Shown here: positions 27,282 through 36,268 of the stretch, piece by piece
Position numbering within the stretch: the first letter of the stretch is position 1
Layout: every line of letters begins with the position of its first letter
Position numbers and translations under genes: made by a program
Notes under the pieces: generated by a model
Database searches by the model: none
What the model was told of the DNA's origin: nothing
The model's input: only the letters and a program-made list of their open reading frames with translations
DNA from: Cyanobacteria bacterium P01_F01_bin.150
GTDB taxonomy: Bacteria > Cyanobacteriota > Cyanobacteriia > CAKZMO01
Reading direction: 5' to 3'
Assembly: GCA_039189765.1 (NCBI GenBank)
Contig: JBCCYL010000022.1
Coordinates: 1 to 64,000 of the forward strand
DNA: 64,000 nt

Positions 27282-28688
27282 CTAAAACGTCCCCATACCC
27301 CCCACATAATCTTGGTAGGAAGGAGCAAAGAAGGTGTCGCGGAATTTGACATACAGCGGATTGTTATTAGCAGGTCGCTTACTCTGCCCATCAGGGAAGT
27401 CATCACGCTTGGTGATGGTCTCACCCCAAATCTTCGACATCGACATGCCTGATGATTTCAAGTTCTCGACCACTGGGGCTATCGCCTCAAACCATTCCCG
27501 CATAGCCGCCAACGGGTCATGGACCGTACTCCAATCAAGCTCTGGCTCAATGGGCATATGGGGGATACCCACAAGGAAGGTCTGGCGGTCAGTCCCAATA
27601 AACGCAGCTCGTGGGCCTACTCCCGCCATTTGGGGATACATCTCTTCTCCACCTGGATATCGCTTCTTGTCTTTGAGCACATCTTCAGTTGGGTTGATGC
27701 TCATATGCCGCATGTTGACTTGCTCTGCTTCTGGGATTTCTGATTGCCCAACGGCGTTGGCCTGGGCCACGGCAAGAATAAACATCTGGAGACCATCCCC
27801 CTGACGCAGAACATCACAGAACTTGGTCTGCCTATCTTCAAAGAATTTCCTCCCTCTTGTCTTACACCACCCCATGTAGGCAGGTTCCTCATCAAAAAAC
27901 AGGTAAGCAGGGTGAAACATCACATCCCCCTTTGTTTTCGTGGACTCCTCCATCCGGTCATTCATAAGGCCCCAAAAGGCAACCAGCACTGCATCAATCT
28001 CAGCCATGATGATTTGGCTTGCTGATTTTGTAGCGATAGTAGAGCTTGGCTCTGGCAACACCACATCACCACGGGCTTCCACTTCTTCAATGCGTTCAGC
28101 AACCCGTTTTGTTTGCCCTTCAGTAATGAACTGAAACCTCACTTCATCAGGCAAGAATTTAAGTCCAGCCCAGGAATGGGAACGTTTCCACGGGGTAGGG
28201 GTGGCGATAAAGAATGACGACTGGGGATCGTCTTGCATAATCAGCACCAGCAGCAAGGAAAGAAAACGACTCTTCCCTGAATTAGTAGGAGCTGCAAGCA
28301 TTAAAGAACTCCGCACCAACCACTGCTTAATGAGGGCAATGTCCTGGGTGACATAATCTATCTTTTCAACCCCTAAGAGCGATAACCCTTTTTCCACCGC
28401 TGGTTTCCCCCAACTCATAACATTGGTGTCCACCAGGGCATCACCGAACCTTTCGCCTACCATCATGGGGACAGGCTTAAAGTCTTCCTGCACCAGACGA
28501 CGGCTTTTTATGGTGCCGATTCCCACCATAGAGATAGCACCACCGGAGAGGAGACCCAGAAGGCCAGCTACACCGCCATGAATAGCAGAGGCAACTGCGA
28601 TCACACTGCCTGTTCCGAGTGCAGTAAGTGACAACAGGGCTGATTCATTTTTGGGAGTATGTTTAGCCTGAGAAGTAGGGTTTGACAC
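27282..28688 (-). CDS. Membrane-anchored P-loop ATPase (FtsK/HerA/coupling-protein-like)
   Basis: N-terminal TM pair, Walker A APTNSGKS, Walker B LFFDEE, VLRQG and AVAQ motifs. Confidence 0.75.
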   Translation of the reverse strand: MSNPTSQAKHTPKNESALLSLTALGTGSVIAVASAIHGGVAGLLGLLSGGAISMVGIGTIKSRRLVQEDFKPVPMMVGERFGDALVDTNVMSWGKPAVEKGLSLLGVEKIDYVTQDIALIKQWLVRSSLMLAAPTNSGKSRFLSLLLVLIMQDDPQSSFFIATPTPWKRSHSWAGLKFLPDEVRFQFITEGQTKRVAERIEEVEARGDVVLPEPSSTIATKSASQIIMAEIDAVLVAFWGLMNDRMEESTKTKGDVMFHPAYLFFDEEPAYMGWCKTRGRKFFEDRQTKFCDVLRQGDGLQMFILAVAQANAVGQSEIPEAEQVNMRHMSINPTEDVLKDKKRYPGGEEMYPQMAGVGPRAAFIGTDRQTFLVGIPHMPIEPELDWSTVHDPLAAMREWFEAIAPVVENLKSSGMSMSKIWGETITKRDDFPDGQSKRPANNNPLYVKFRDTFFAPSYQDYVGGMGTF

Positions 28689-28690
28689 GG

Positions 28691-29521
28691 TTACTGTTCT
28701 CCCTGGTGAAAAAATCCACTCACGTTGTCAAAAATAGTTGGATCGTCTGGGGCAACCGGAGACGATACATGCTCTGGTACAGAGTCAGCAGAAGGAACTG
28801 ATGCGGTTGGTTCAGAGGGAGAAGTTTGCGGTGAGGCTAAAAATTGCTGCATCTCTCGTAGCCGTCGTCCTTCTCCGGCTGCTTGCCGCAGTTCATCGGC
28901 AAAGGCATACATGGTATCGATATCACTGGGGCGTACATCAACAGGCTCTGGCACCTTTCCATTCGCCAGGTCTTCTATCAGCTCGTTGAGAGCAACCACG
29001 TCAATGAGTGTGAGTTTGGTAGCATTCCAATCTTCTTCTGTGGTGCCCATACCAATTGATGGCTCATCGATGGCTTCCCAGCGCTGGATAATCTGGTCGT
29101 ACCTGATGCTGATTTCAGCTTCTTGGGTCCACCGCGAGAGCTTGCGATCAGACTCGATGTTGAAATAGATTTCGTACTTTCGAGCATCAATCATGCGCTC
29201 ATAAGCTTCGAGGGCGTCAGCCCTGGTCACATTGAATTTAGAGTTCAACATCCACACCGGATCACTTTGCTGAGTCTCAGCCGTCTTTGCTGCATCTTGT
29301 TGAACAATCAAGTCATGCTGCAACTGCTGGATACGCTGACCATTTTCAGCATTTTGCTGAATGAGATATTCCATATCATCCTGCACAGCATGGTGAGCAC
29401 CTGGTGAATTGCCTCGGAAACTCGACATCACAGAATTCCCTACCCAGATGACGGTAAGACCACCTACCACACAAACACCCGCCCATGTTTTCCATACACC
29501 CGCTCGCTTACTGACTGGCAT
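28691..29521 (-). CDS. Hypothetical bitopic membrane/coiled-coil protein
   Basis: N-terminal TM, Q-rich coiled coil; in the operon. Confidence 0.7.
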   Translation of the reverse strand: MPVSKRAGVWKTWAGVCVVGGLTVIWVGNSVMSSFRGNSPGAHHAVQDDMEYLIQQNAENGQRIQQLQHDLIVQQDAAKTAETQQSDPVWMLNSKFNVTRADALEAYERMIDARKYEIYFNIESDRKLSRWTQEAEISIRYDQIIQRWEAIDEPSIGMGTTEEDWNATKLTLIDVVALNELIEDLANGKVPEPVDVRPSDIDTMYAFADELRQAAGEGRRLREMQQFLASPQTSPSEPTASVPSADSVPEHVSSPVAPDDPTIFDNVSGFFHQGEQ

Positions 29522-29526
29522 GGTCC

Positions 29527-30141
29527 TTACTCTTTCGTCGGTAATTGGTATTCGTCTTTGAATGTGTTGAGAGCCATAATGAGAGCTGAGAGATTGGCTG
29601 GGTCAATGTCCTTTAACACCCGCGACCGATGAATAAATCTCTCCACTGATTCAAGCTCCTCAATTGTTGGATTTGGGTTATTCGCTCGTTGCCTCCCCAC
29701 ACATACCCTTGAGGCAAGCAGGGTGAGAAGTGCCATTGAACCGCCTGTGCCTAACCCGTATCCAATAATGGCTTCGTTAATATCTTGTCTGGATTCCAAA
29801 TCAAGAGAAGACACATACGTGTTCTGATAGCGAATACTGCCAATGTAGGTGCCCAAGATGAGCATCCCTGATGCCAACGCAAGATCGATAACGCGGAATT
29901 TCAGACGATGAATCATGGCTTTGGACAAGGTAAAGGGGAAAAAACAGTTCATAAAGGGAAAAAGCCTACAACCCTTATTGCGTCGTAGCTGTCGGACTGC
30001 TCCAGGGGATGATATTTCGTGCAGGAATAGACCAGAAGAAACTCTCGAAACGCCTACTGCACCGTACTGTACGCTGCATACTGCACGAAATATTCGGGGG
30101 AAATAGCCCTGGTGGAGATACGGAAAAAAAGAGGAGGTCAC
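29527..30141 (-). CDS. Hypothetical membrane protein (true start possibly 29916, MIHRLK)
   Basis: Two hydrophobic segments in the C-terminal 130 aa. Confidence 0.55.
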   Translation of the reverse strand: MTSSFFPYLHQGYFPRIFRAVCSVQYGAVGVSRVSSGLFLHEISSPGAVRQLRRNKGCRLFPFMNCFFPFTLSKAMIHRLKFRVIDLALASGMLILGTYIGSIRYQNTYVSSLDLESRQDINEAIIGYGLGTGGSMALLTLLASRVCVGRQRANNPNPTIEELESVERFIHRSRVLKDIDPANLSALIMALNTFKDEYQLPTKE

Positions 30142-30569
30142 ACAGCAGGAAGCTCAGGCGGTTTCGGCATCTTCGCGGATTTAATCTTGCTAATGATGTC
30201 GTCAGCCGATGAAGCTTGAGGAGCATCGTTTGAGGTTGAGGCGACCGTCACTACCTGAGCACTAGAGTCACCTTGAGGTGGGTCTAGGGTAGACCTACCG
30301 TTAGGATTCACGGGGAATGTAGGGACAGGGTTGGACGGGTTCTCATGAGCAGAGTAGTGGGGTTGGCCCACCATATAACGACCTTGAGACAACACCCACG
30401 CTCTAAAGTCCTGACCGTACCGTGTGTACATCATGTGGTTAATCTGGGCCTCGGTAAAACAACCTCCCAAATCAGCACTCAAAGTTTGAATAAATTCCTT
30501 AGCCCACGGGGTACAAGCAGTCTTAGGGTTTCCCTTCGTCTTCTTTTTCCCCGGCTGTGGGGAAGTCAT
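30138..30569 (-). CDS. Hypothetical protein downstream of the ParM-like gene (ParR-like adaptor candidate)
   Basis: ATG at 30569 lies immediately after the stop of the ParM-like gene; basic N-terminus and disordered tail. Confidence 0.55.
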   Translation of the reverse strand: MTSPQPGKKKTKGNPKTACTPWAKEFIQTLSADLGGCFTEAQINHMMYTRYGQDFRAWVLSQGRYMVGQPHYSAHENPSNPVPTFPVNPNGRSTLDPPQGDSSAQVVTVASTSNDAPQASSADDIISKIKSAKMPKPPELPAV

Positions 30570-30570
30570 A

Positions 30571-31593
30571 TCACACCCCCACGACACTACGAATATGCTC
30601 ATAGGCTCCGCGTACACAGGCGGTTCCTGGGTCAGTCGGAACTACAGCAAACTCACTGGCATAGGGAGCAATAAGAGCTGCACCACCTCCGGTAAGCACT
30701 CGGTTATTAACCCGCTGAATGTACTCATCACTGATAAGAGCCTCCTGCACCTGTTCGTACCAAGGAGCAATATACTTTTGTTTCACAATGGCCCAATGCT
30801 CGGCACTGATTGAACCAATGGAGTCTTTACGGAGACCTGCTGCGATAAGGGCCTCTGAGGGGGGAACATCAGGACGGTTTGAAAGCTTGGATGCCACAAA
30901 GGGATCGCTTGCAATGGCTTTCACTAAATCAGACACGGTGAGGCTCCTGTCGGGATCGGGACCAAAGTAAGAACCATCAGAACGGATGACACGTTTCTCT
31001 GTAGTGCCAAACCCTAAGACATAGAGCAGAGTGTCACCGTCAGATAAGTCATCATTAATCAGATGCCAGGTGCCCATGCCTTCGGCAAAACCATAAAAGT
31101 CAGTCACATTAACTGTGATGTCGTGCCCATCAACAGTTGCCTGGTGCTGCCCCAAGAGTCGTTCTTGAATAGGGGCAAGCTCATCTTCATCCCAATGAAA
31201 CCAGCCCAGGATAATATCTTGCCCATCATCTTCAGGCCGTAGGGTAGGCAGTAGCATATCAACAGGGTTAGCAGCTTTATCGGCATTGACGGCAAGGATA
31301 GCCTTACTACTGCTACATGCAACATCACCGTAAAGACGGCGGTAGTCTTTTGTGACAACAGAATGATTTCCGGCATTGCGAGCACGGAGCATTCCCCTAT
31401 CAGGGTTAGTCACATATCCGTTCTGGATAATCATCAAGCCGTGGTTATCCCACACCTTGATTTCACCGTGTCCAGCATCAACCACCTTCACAATAGGTGG
31501 AGTGGGGCGATTTTTAGAGGCACCAGGGGAAGCAGCAGAACCGTTACGAGATTGGGATTCTTTAGCAAGAGAGTTTAGTTGAAGAGTAGTCAT
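30571..31593 (-). CDS. ParM/StbA-like actin-fold ATPase
   Basis: VVDAGHGEIK (phosphate 1), FAEGMG, LGFGTT (phosphate 2, lacking Asp), LTGGGA (adenosine). Confidence 0.78.
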   Translation of the reverse strand: MTTLQLNSLAKESQSRNGSAASPGASKNRPTPPIVKVVDAGHGEIKVWDNHGLMIIQNGYVTNPDRGMLRARNAGNHSVVTKDYRRLYGDVACSSSKAILAVNADKAANPVDMLLPTLRPEDDGQDIILGWFHWDEDELAPIQERLLGQHQATVDGHDITVNVTDFYGFAEGMGTWHLINDDLSDGDTLLYVLGFGTTEKRVIRSDGSYFGPDPDRSLTVSDLVKAIASDPFVASKLSNRPDVPPSEALIAAGLRKDSIGSISAEHWAIVKQKYIAPWYEQVQEALISDEYIQRVNNRVLTGGGAALIAPYASEFAVVPTDPGTACVRGAYEHIRSVVGV

Positions 31594-31643
31594 GATTGTT
31601 TACGTAGAGTAGAGACAAATAGAAAAGTAGAGATGAGAGAACG

Positions 31644-31967
31644 TTATTCCTGGTAATCCAAGGAAAAGAATTGTTCATAGGCTTTACGCTGTGATTTAGA
31701 AAGAGACTGCATCTGACTAGCCACTTCATTAGTCACCTGCGTTAAAGCCATCGTGATGTCGGTGAAATACGACTGGGGATCATCAGAAATATCAGCAATA
31801 AAGCCGTGCTCGGCATCAAGCAAATCATTACAGTGAGCAAAGATGCCTCGCAGCACATGATCATGGTCCCCGCAGAAACCACCATCAATAAAGAGGTCAA
31901 GGAACGCTTTCACAGGTTTTGAAACGTGAATCACTTCACGCGCATGGTTATCAGACATAGGAATCAA
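31644..31967 (-). CDS. Hypothetical protein
   Basis: 107-aa ORF in the same orientation as the operon. Confidence 0.55.
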   Translation of the reverse strand: MIPMSDNHAREVIHVSKPVKAFLDLFIDGGFCGDHDHVLRGIFAHCNDLLDAEHGFIADISDDPQSYFTDITMALTQVTNEVASQMQSLSKSQRKAYEQFFSLDYQE

Positions 31968-32022
31968 AATGCGTGTGTAGAGGACGATTTGTACGGAAAG
32001 GTGTTCAAGGGAAAAGAGAACA

Positions 32023-32223
32023 TCACTTTTTAAGAGGATGGATACCTTGCACCTGCTGGAGAAGCTCCAGTCTGGTCAAAATATTGGTCAGACGCTCGCT
32101 GAATGTGCTGGTCTCAGGGAGTTCTGTCGTAAATTCTTCTATTTTTTGAATAACGCTGGGCTTGACCGATTTGGTCGGCATAGTCGGCGTACCTCCAGAA
32201 CATGAAATTGGTGAAAACTGCAA
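32023..32223 (-). CDS. Small hypothetical protein
   Basis: 66-aa ORF; likely start is MPTKS with GGAGG upstream. Confidence 0.45.
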   Translation of the reverse strand: MQFSPISCSGGTPTMPTKSVKPSVIQKIEEFTTELPETSTFSERLTNILTRLELLQQVQGIHPLKK

Positions 32224-32387
32224 CAGTGACGAGTCATTGCTGAAAAGGCGACTCGTTGAAACCTCATCAAAGGTTAGTAGTATCGTATGGAACTCATGTT
32301 AACATTCAATTGATATCTGTCAACATGCAATTTAGTGCTGATTGCATTCTCACAAAGATCAATAACAACTCAGGAGCTATACTACGC

Positions 32388-32603
32388 ATGTCAATAGCAT
32401 TACCAAGGGAAGACACGGTGTCTGATCGTTTTACCGTCACCATTCCAGACTCCATCGCTGAACATCTCCAGCACTGGGCCGAGCTTGAAGGGCGAGCCAA
32501 AGCTAATCTCGCTGCATTCATTATTGAGACAGCAGTAAAAAACAGATTCCCTGATGAGTACCCACCGATTCAGGCGCCAGGCACACCACCAGGGAAGACG
32601 TAA
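32388..32603 (+). CDS. Ribbon-helix-helix regulator
   Basis: DRFTVTIPDSIAEHLQHWAELEGRAKANLAAFII; divergent from the operon, with imperfect palindrome CATGTTAACA...TGTCAACATG near 32295-32326. Confidence 0.75.
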   Translation: MSIALPREDTVSDRFTVTIPDSIAEHLQHWAELEGRAKANLAAFIIETAVKNRFPDEYPPIQAPGTPPGKT

Positions 32604-32844
32604 GGATTTCCTCCTACACAGACGCAGCCAGGAAATCTTGCGTTTTCAGGAATTTTAACTATTGCGAAACACTAAGAATCAATACGTAGAGCAAAGAAAG
32701 TGTGGATACACAACGATTTTCTAGTCTTTTCATGCTCCTAAATTCGTATTCTGTAACGATCTTTTTGAGCATGACATGATCTTTCTCGCATATTCATTGT
32801 GTATAGTGGTTGGTGACTTACTGTCCGAGGACTTCCATAATTTC

Positions 32845-33120
32845 ATGGCTTACTCAAAACCTAGGAACCCAGATGGTCGCCCCGCAGACTACGGTGAAAC
32901 AAAAACACGAGTGAATATGTCTCTCACGCCAACGTGCATTGACATCCTCGATCAGCGTGCAAACGAATTAGGTTGTTCGCGTAGTGAAATTGTTGAGCGG
33001 TTCTCTCGTAGTCCAGCGTGCCTAGCAGTTCTCCAAGAACTCATGATGGGCGCACAGGGACCACGTGCTAAAAAGCAACGGGTTTCAAACACAGTAGGTC
33101 AACTAGAGCTTATTTCATAG
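32845..33120 (+). CDS. CopG-like ribbon-helix-helix protein upstream of a rep-like gene
   Basis: YGETKTRVNMSLTPTCIDILDQRANELGCSRSEIVERF. Confidence 0.75.
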   Translation: MAYSKPRNPDGRPADYGETKTRVNMSLTPTCIDILDQRANELGCSRSEIVERFSRSPACLAVLQELMMGAQGPRAKKQRVSNTVGQLELIS

Positions 33121-33350
33121 AGAGAGGTAAAAGTTACCCAAGAAAAGAAAAGCACAAACGTCAAAAACCCCACTACTTGGCAGGTAGCAGGGTCTCAACA
33201 AACTAAATGTAGAACTGTACGGATGACTAAACTATGCTTTGGACGGCTGGATTAGTTCAACCACAGGTTAGTTGTGTCTGTATTCTAGTGAATGCCGACC
33301 AGTTTTAGCAACTTTTTTTAAGAAAGGTTGATCTTCAGGCTGTAAACAAA

Positions 33351-35054
33351 ATGACCTGCCCACAGTTTCTACAGAACTGCGGGAATTTTGGAATATCTAT
33401 TTATCAATTACCTTCGAGCGGCATCAAGGTGAGGAAAAATAGAACCTCAATTTTTGCAATTGCCAACGACTTCGCATTTCAAGTAGTTCAAGTTGGACAG
33501 CAAACAGTGATTGCAGCAAAAAGCACCTTAACCACAGTCTCCTCATATGTAGAGGAGAACGATAACGAATTTCTTGCTCTTTGGCCCCACCGTTACGATT
33601 ACCTCTGGTCTCCCCATCCCAAACCAGGTACTGCACCTAACTGGAAAACTGAATCAAGACACCCACTCAGTGACCGTCTCATTACACAAGGGTCATATCT
33701 GTATGGTGTCCGGTTTGGACCAATGACTAAGTACTGCATGTTAGATATAGACGGAGGAAGTCTCTACCATCCCCGGCGTGATCCCCTTGGAATAGAGCGC
33801 ATTAGAGCTACTCTGGAACCGCTTGGGCTAGTGGAGAGTATCTGCTGCACTTCGAGCTACAGTGGGGGGCTTCATCTCTATTTTCCGTTTGAGCATGAGA
33901 TTAAATCCTGGGCTATTGCGTTGACGGTGACCACTCTGCTTGAAAATGCTGGGTTCACCATCATGCCTGGGCATCTTGAAGTGTTTCCTCACGCTAAACC
34001 GTATGTCACTAATGGTGAGACAAGTCTCTATAACGGGCATAGACTTCCCTTACAGCAGGGGTCTTATGTGCTCAGTAAAGATATGTTCCCCATCTATGCA
34101 GAGAAATCCAGGTTTGTAGAGCATTGGAAATCTGTCCAGCAGAAAAATGATGTTAACCAGAAAATCCTGAGCGAAACGCTTAACCGTGCTCGCAGGATAA
34201 AGTACCCGATGTCTACTAAGGCTAGTAAGTTTTTGGGAGACCTCAATGCAGAGATTGAACAGGGGTGGACTGGGCCAGGGCAGACTAATCACATTCTCGG
34301 TCGCATCACCATGCGCTCATACATCTTTGGACACGTCCTCAACTCGCCCAAACCATTAGAAGGTGATGACCTGGCCCAAGACATTGTTGAGACAGCCAAA
34401 GCTTTACCAGGATATGAAGAATGGTGCCAGCATCAGCATGAGATTGAATCCAAAGCCATTAAATGGGCCAGGTCTATTGAGAATAGCCATTACTACCACT
34501 ACGGGGCAGGGAAGAGTAAAAAGCTAAAGGAGGAAGAACCAACAGAGCAGAAGGATAACGGGCCTACATGGAACGAGACTCAGCAGAATGATGCAAGAGA
34601 AAGAATAGGAGACGCTGTTCGAGACATGCTGGAGAAGGATACTCTACCAGTTCAAATAACAGCACGGTTCAAAGCTATCAGCAAGTACGGGATTAGTGGA
34701 AAGACACTTTACAAGCATATGGACCTGTGGCATCCAGACCATATGTTTTCCACAGAAGAGGAGGAACAATCAGTTCCCCCCTCAAACGCCCCCCATCTTC
34801 ATAAGGGAGGCGACGGGTCAGTCGGCTTTGAGGCCACTGACCCACGCACCTACCCAAGCTTATTAGTAGAGAAAGAGTGTAATACCTTAGCTGATAAAGA
34901 TTTGAGTACTCATGCAAATAGCGATTTTGATAACCCTGGGTGTAATGAGTCTGAGACTGCTGAAAAACTCCCTGCGGAAGGGATACAACTCGTGCTTGAG
35001 GCTCTAGCACGTATTAAGCAAAAACAACGCAAAGAGAAGCTTAACAAGGAGTAG
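33351..35054 (+). CDS. Putative replication protein with AEP primase-polymerase-like domain
   Basis: MLDIDGGSLYHP (DxD), SSYSGGLHLYFP (SxxGxH), HRLPLQ; C-terminal HTH-like GISGKTLYKH; preceded by a CopG-like gene. Confidence 0.7.
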   Translation: MTCPQFLQNCGNFGISIYQLPSSGIKVRKNRTSIFAIANDFAFQVVQVGQQTVIAAKSTLTTVSSYVEENDNEFLALWPHRYDYLWSPHPKPGTAPNWKTESRHPLSDRLITQGSYLYGVRFGPMTKYCMLDIDGGSLYHPRRDPLGIERIRATLEPLGLVESICCTSSYSGGLHLYFPFEHEIKSWAIALTVTTLLENAGFTIMPGHLEVFPHAKPYVTNGETSLYNGHRLPLQQGSYVLSKDMFPIYAEKSRFVEHWKSVQQKNDVNQKILSETLNRARRIKYPMSTKASKFLGDLNAEIEQGWTGPGQTNHILGRITMRSYIFGHVLNSPKPLEGDDLAQDIVETAKALPGYEEWCQHQHEIESKAIKWARSIENSHYYHYGAGKSKKLKEEEPTEQKDNGPTWNETQQNDARERIGDAVRDMLEKDTLPVQITARFKAISKYGISGKTLYKHMDLWHPDHMFSTEEEEQSVPPSNAPHLHKGGDGSVGFEATDPRTYPSLLVEKECNTLADKDLSTHANSDFDNPGCNESETAEKLPAEGIQLVLEALARIKQKQRKEKLNKE

Positions 35055-35069
35055 ATAAATGACTATGGG

Positions 35070-35329
35070 TATGGTAAAACCTAATGGGATAAAGACTCTA
35101 AGTACTATAACCAGCATTGGCGATGTCCCATTTGTCATGCCCCCTTGTTCAATAGAGAAGCGCTACACACCCCTCATTTCAAGCAACGCAAAGATGGCGG
35201 AATTGATGGAGAGGAAAATCTCATCCACCTGCATCAGACGAAGGGAGATTTGAGTAGAGGAAGGATTGAGCAGCTTGATGGGACAACTATCACAAGCCGT
35301 TCTTAGGGGAGGGGCACACGGTGACATGT
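35070..35329 (+). mobile_element. Degenerate 3' remnant of a group II intron (HNH end of the IEP, domain V, partial domain VI)
   Basis: Frame reads YGKT*WDKDSKYYNQHWRCPICHAPLFNREALH...KDGGIDGEENLIHLHQT. Domain V-like GAGCAGCTTGATGGGACAACTATCACAAGCCGTTC at 35268-35302, then TTAGGGGAGGGG. Confidence 0.8.
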
Positions 35330-35677
35330 AATCGCTGAAACGACGTAAATCCCTTGTCTTGAAAGGGTGATTTGGAGAACATATTAATTGACATTGCAAA
35401 ACGACATTTCTGAAAATACTGCTACGTAAGGGTTTTAGCCTTATTGCACTATGTGACAGCAACCTTTCAATTGGGCCTTGTTGCAGCTCGATTAGCAGTA
35501 ATAACTCAACTACGCCTTGTAGATTATTGCCATCTCAGCTAGTATCAATCTATTGAAGTACTTTATTTCATAAAACACTTCAATAGATTGGAGATATAGG
35601 CAGAAGCTATTCTGAATATTTCTCAACATACAACTCTAAAAATCAAGTAAACAATAATTTTAATTCATCAGGTTTTA

Positions 35678-36115
35678 TTGATCTATACTACTATTTTCAT
35701 AATTTCATTTTTTTTAACCATTTCATTCAATTTAATATATAGAGAGTGTGTAAATATATATAGATCAAAATCTATAAAAGTTAAAATTTTAAGATCATTT
35801 TCAAGAAAAAATTTTATTTTTCACTTAATAGATATAGACATCTATCATAATTATGAGCAAGACTACAGAATTAAAGTGGGTTCAACAGCAAGATCACTTT
35901 TCTTAACAGAGAAAGCAGCGGAAAAATATATAAGCGTATACTTTCCTCCAGGCAAAATCTGTGATGCCTACTTAAACATCAGGAATTCTGAAATCAGCAT
36001 AGAAATCAGAAGGTATGATCTTATCGATAAGATGCTAAGTCCTCTTTTGCTTATATATTTGTGCCTTATGTTTTTCATATCTCTCGGGATAACAACATTT
36101 TTATATACCAATTGA
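35678..36115 (+). CDS. AT-rich hypothetical membrane protein
   Basis: Hydrophobic N- and C-terminal helices; convergent with the RHS gene. Confidence 0.55.
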   Translation: MIYTTIFIISFFLTISFNLIYRECVNIYRSKSIKVKILRSFSRKNFIFHLIDIDIYHNYEQDYRIKVGSTARSLFLTEKAAEKYISVYFPPGKICDAYLNIRNSEISIEIRRYDLIDKMLSPLLLIYLCLMFFISLGITTFLYTN

Positions 36116-36268
36116 AATTTCTAAATTTCAGTTAGACTTGACGATCTAAATCATTCAATATTTTACGACAACGAAAAACACATAATATTTGAAATTGAAG
36201 CTCATTAAGGACTTGATTTTCAGGTGAATTTCTAATTTTAAACTTTGAGTAGTATAGTCTAAATCTTA

